Source of the DNA: Macrostomum lignano
Taxonomy: Eukaryota
NCBI GenBank assembly: GCA_002269645.1
Contig: NIVC01001783.1
Coordinates: 1-64,000 of the forward strand
Length of the DNA: 64,000 bases
Direction: 5' to 3'
Both the position numbers and the translations under genes were made by a program. Position 1 is the stretch's first letter, and each line of letters opens with the position of its first letter. The notes under the pieces are model-generated. The model had not been told where the DNA came from and did no database searches. It worked only from the letters and a program-made list of their open reading frames with translations. This document shows positions 62,900 through 64,000 of this stretch, piece by piece.

Positions 62900-63245
62900 C
62901 GAAGCGCAAGGTCCTCTACCTGCGAATGCTGCTTTTTGTCGGCGTTTGAGTTGAGGCTACTGATGTTCAAGAAGCGACAGCTCTAGGACCAGATGGACAA
63001 GATGTCTATGCCACATTTCCTACTGCGGAAGTGAAAAAGTACGAGGATTTGATCAAGAAGTTTGATGTCTACTGCCAGCCTCTCTCCAACGAGACATTTG
63101 AAAGCTATCAGCTGCGCACCAGAATGCAAGGAGAAGCAGAGGACTTCGACCAGTTCATGGGTTCTCTATGCCAGCTCGTGAAGCACTGCAACTACAGCAA
63201 ACCTGACAATGACGAGATCAAGAACAGCATCTTCGATATCTTTGA
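62900..63245 (+). mobile_element. Degenerate Ty3/Gypsy gag fragment
   Basis: LGPDGQDVYATF...KKYEDLIKKFDVYCQPLSNETFESYQLRTRMQGEAEDFDQFMGSLCQLVKHCNY fits the Gypsy gag capsid pattern. It is frameshifted upstream and truncated downstream. Confidence 0.75.
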
Positions 63246-64000
63246 TAGCTTACAGCCTGGCCTTCTGGCTGTTGGGGTGAAGCGCGAGAAGCGTGGGCCC
63301 GCTCACAATACGCCCGAAGGTTCTTGGCCTGGTCTAGCGCGCGCTGGATCAGGCCGGACCTCCGGGTGCTCCTGGCGGGTCTGCGATTGCGATTTCCGGT
63401 TTCAGCAGCGCGAACTGCCCTACCAGGCATAGGATCGGCCGTTTGCCTCGGCTTCTTTGCTGGAGGAGCCTGGGCCCCAGTTCCGGTTTCGGAAGCCTTG
63501 GCATTCTTGGCTTCATCAGCTTTCCACTCCTCGCAACGGAGGATGGTCAGCTGAGTCAAACCAATATGGATTGTGGACTTAGGCGGCAAGTGCTCAGCCC
63601 AGTCATTAGAGAGCCCTAGGATCACTGTAGCCCCCTTCTCCTTGCGGGAAGTGGCGTGGTGTAGGAGCCCGTTGACCTCAAGGTCAGGGTGCAGCTTTAG
63701 CAATATTTGCCTAAGCTGATCTCCGGACTTAATGGCACTGCCGGCCGGGATCCAGACACGAAAGGGCTGGCGAAGACATGCTTGCCAAGCTTCTTGGGCC
63801 AGTTCAGCTTTGGCAGAAGCTCGCGTATACTGCGGCTGCTCTCCTCCGAGCTGCACCAGATGAAGATGCAGCCGTCGGTCTTGGCGGACTTGACCACGCT
63901 CACAGGGCGGCCCGCCAGGAGCTGGTCAATGAGCGCAGCATCGATGGTGCGCCAGGCACTGTCGAGCTCGTCGTCCGTGAGGTCTTGCTCTTCCCCGAAG
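63246..64000 (-). mobile_element. Non-LTR retrotransposon ORF1 fragment, DUF4780-like (LOA/R1-type gag), with one frameshift; continues past the window
   Basis: LTDDELDSAWRTIDAALIDQ...GCIFIWCSSEES...LPKLNWP in one frame joins RVWIP...LLKLHPDL...VILGLS...IHIGLTQL in another frame near 63780. This pattern is recalled for DUF4780. Confidence 0.6.

Noticed and set aside
63485-63522. CUGAUGA…GAAAC on the minus strand as a hammerhead
   Set aside because: It lies inside ORF1 coding sequence (ADEAKNAKASET), stem II is not adjacent to GAAA, and there is no stem I or stem III.

Overview
Eukaryotic (metazoan) genomic DNA, extremely rich in satellites and minisatellites. The GC-rich exons, poly-Ala/poly-Gln tracts and repeat-filled introns resemble a free-living flatworm such as Macrostomum; this is inference only. 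Positions 1-13.6 kb are the end of a large 45-bp satellite with dyad symmetry, and 14-36 kb alternate between unique non-coding islands and more than 20 different tandem arrays. Two spliced genes point toward each other. One is an L1CAM/neuroglian-family adhesion molecule (+ strand, 5 coding exons, 36449-44175; signal peptide, 6 Ig, 5 FN3, TM; no FIGQY found). The other is PAN3, the pseudokinase subunit of the PAN2-PAN3 deadenylase (- strand, 5 exons found, 56300-49562). Mobile elements: a young 5'-truncated RNase H-bearing non-LTR retrotransposon with a 13-bp TSD in PAN3 intron 4, a CORE-like SINE, a Helitron-like non-autonomous element, a Gypsy gag fragment, and a LOA-like (DUF4780-type) ORF1 at the right edge. 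Two observations stand out. First, a minimal hammerhead-ribozyme motif sits inside a perfect 37-bp foldback inserted in a 12-bp minisatellite (31.9-32.05 kb). Second, one PAN3 intron consists almost entirely of ~28 tandem copies of its own 3' splice junction, and use of any intact upstream copy would give a stop within 8 codons.
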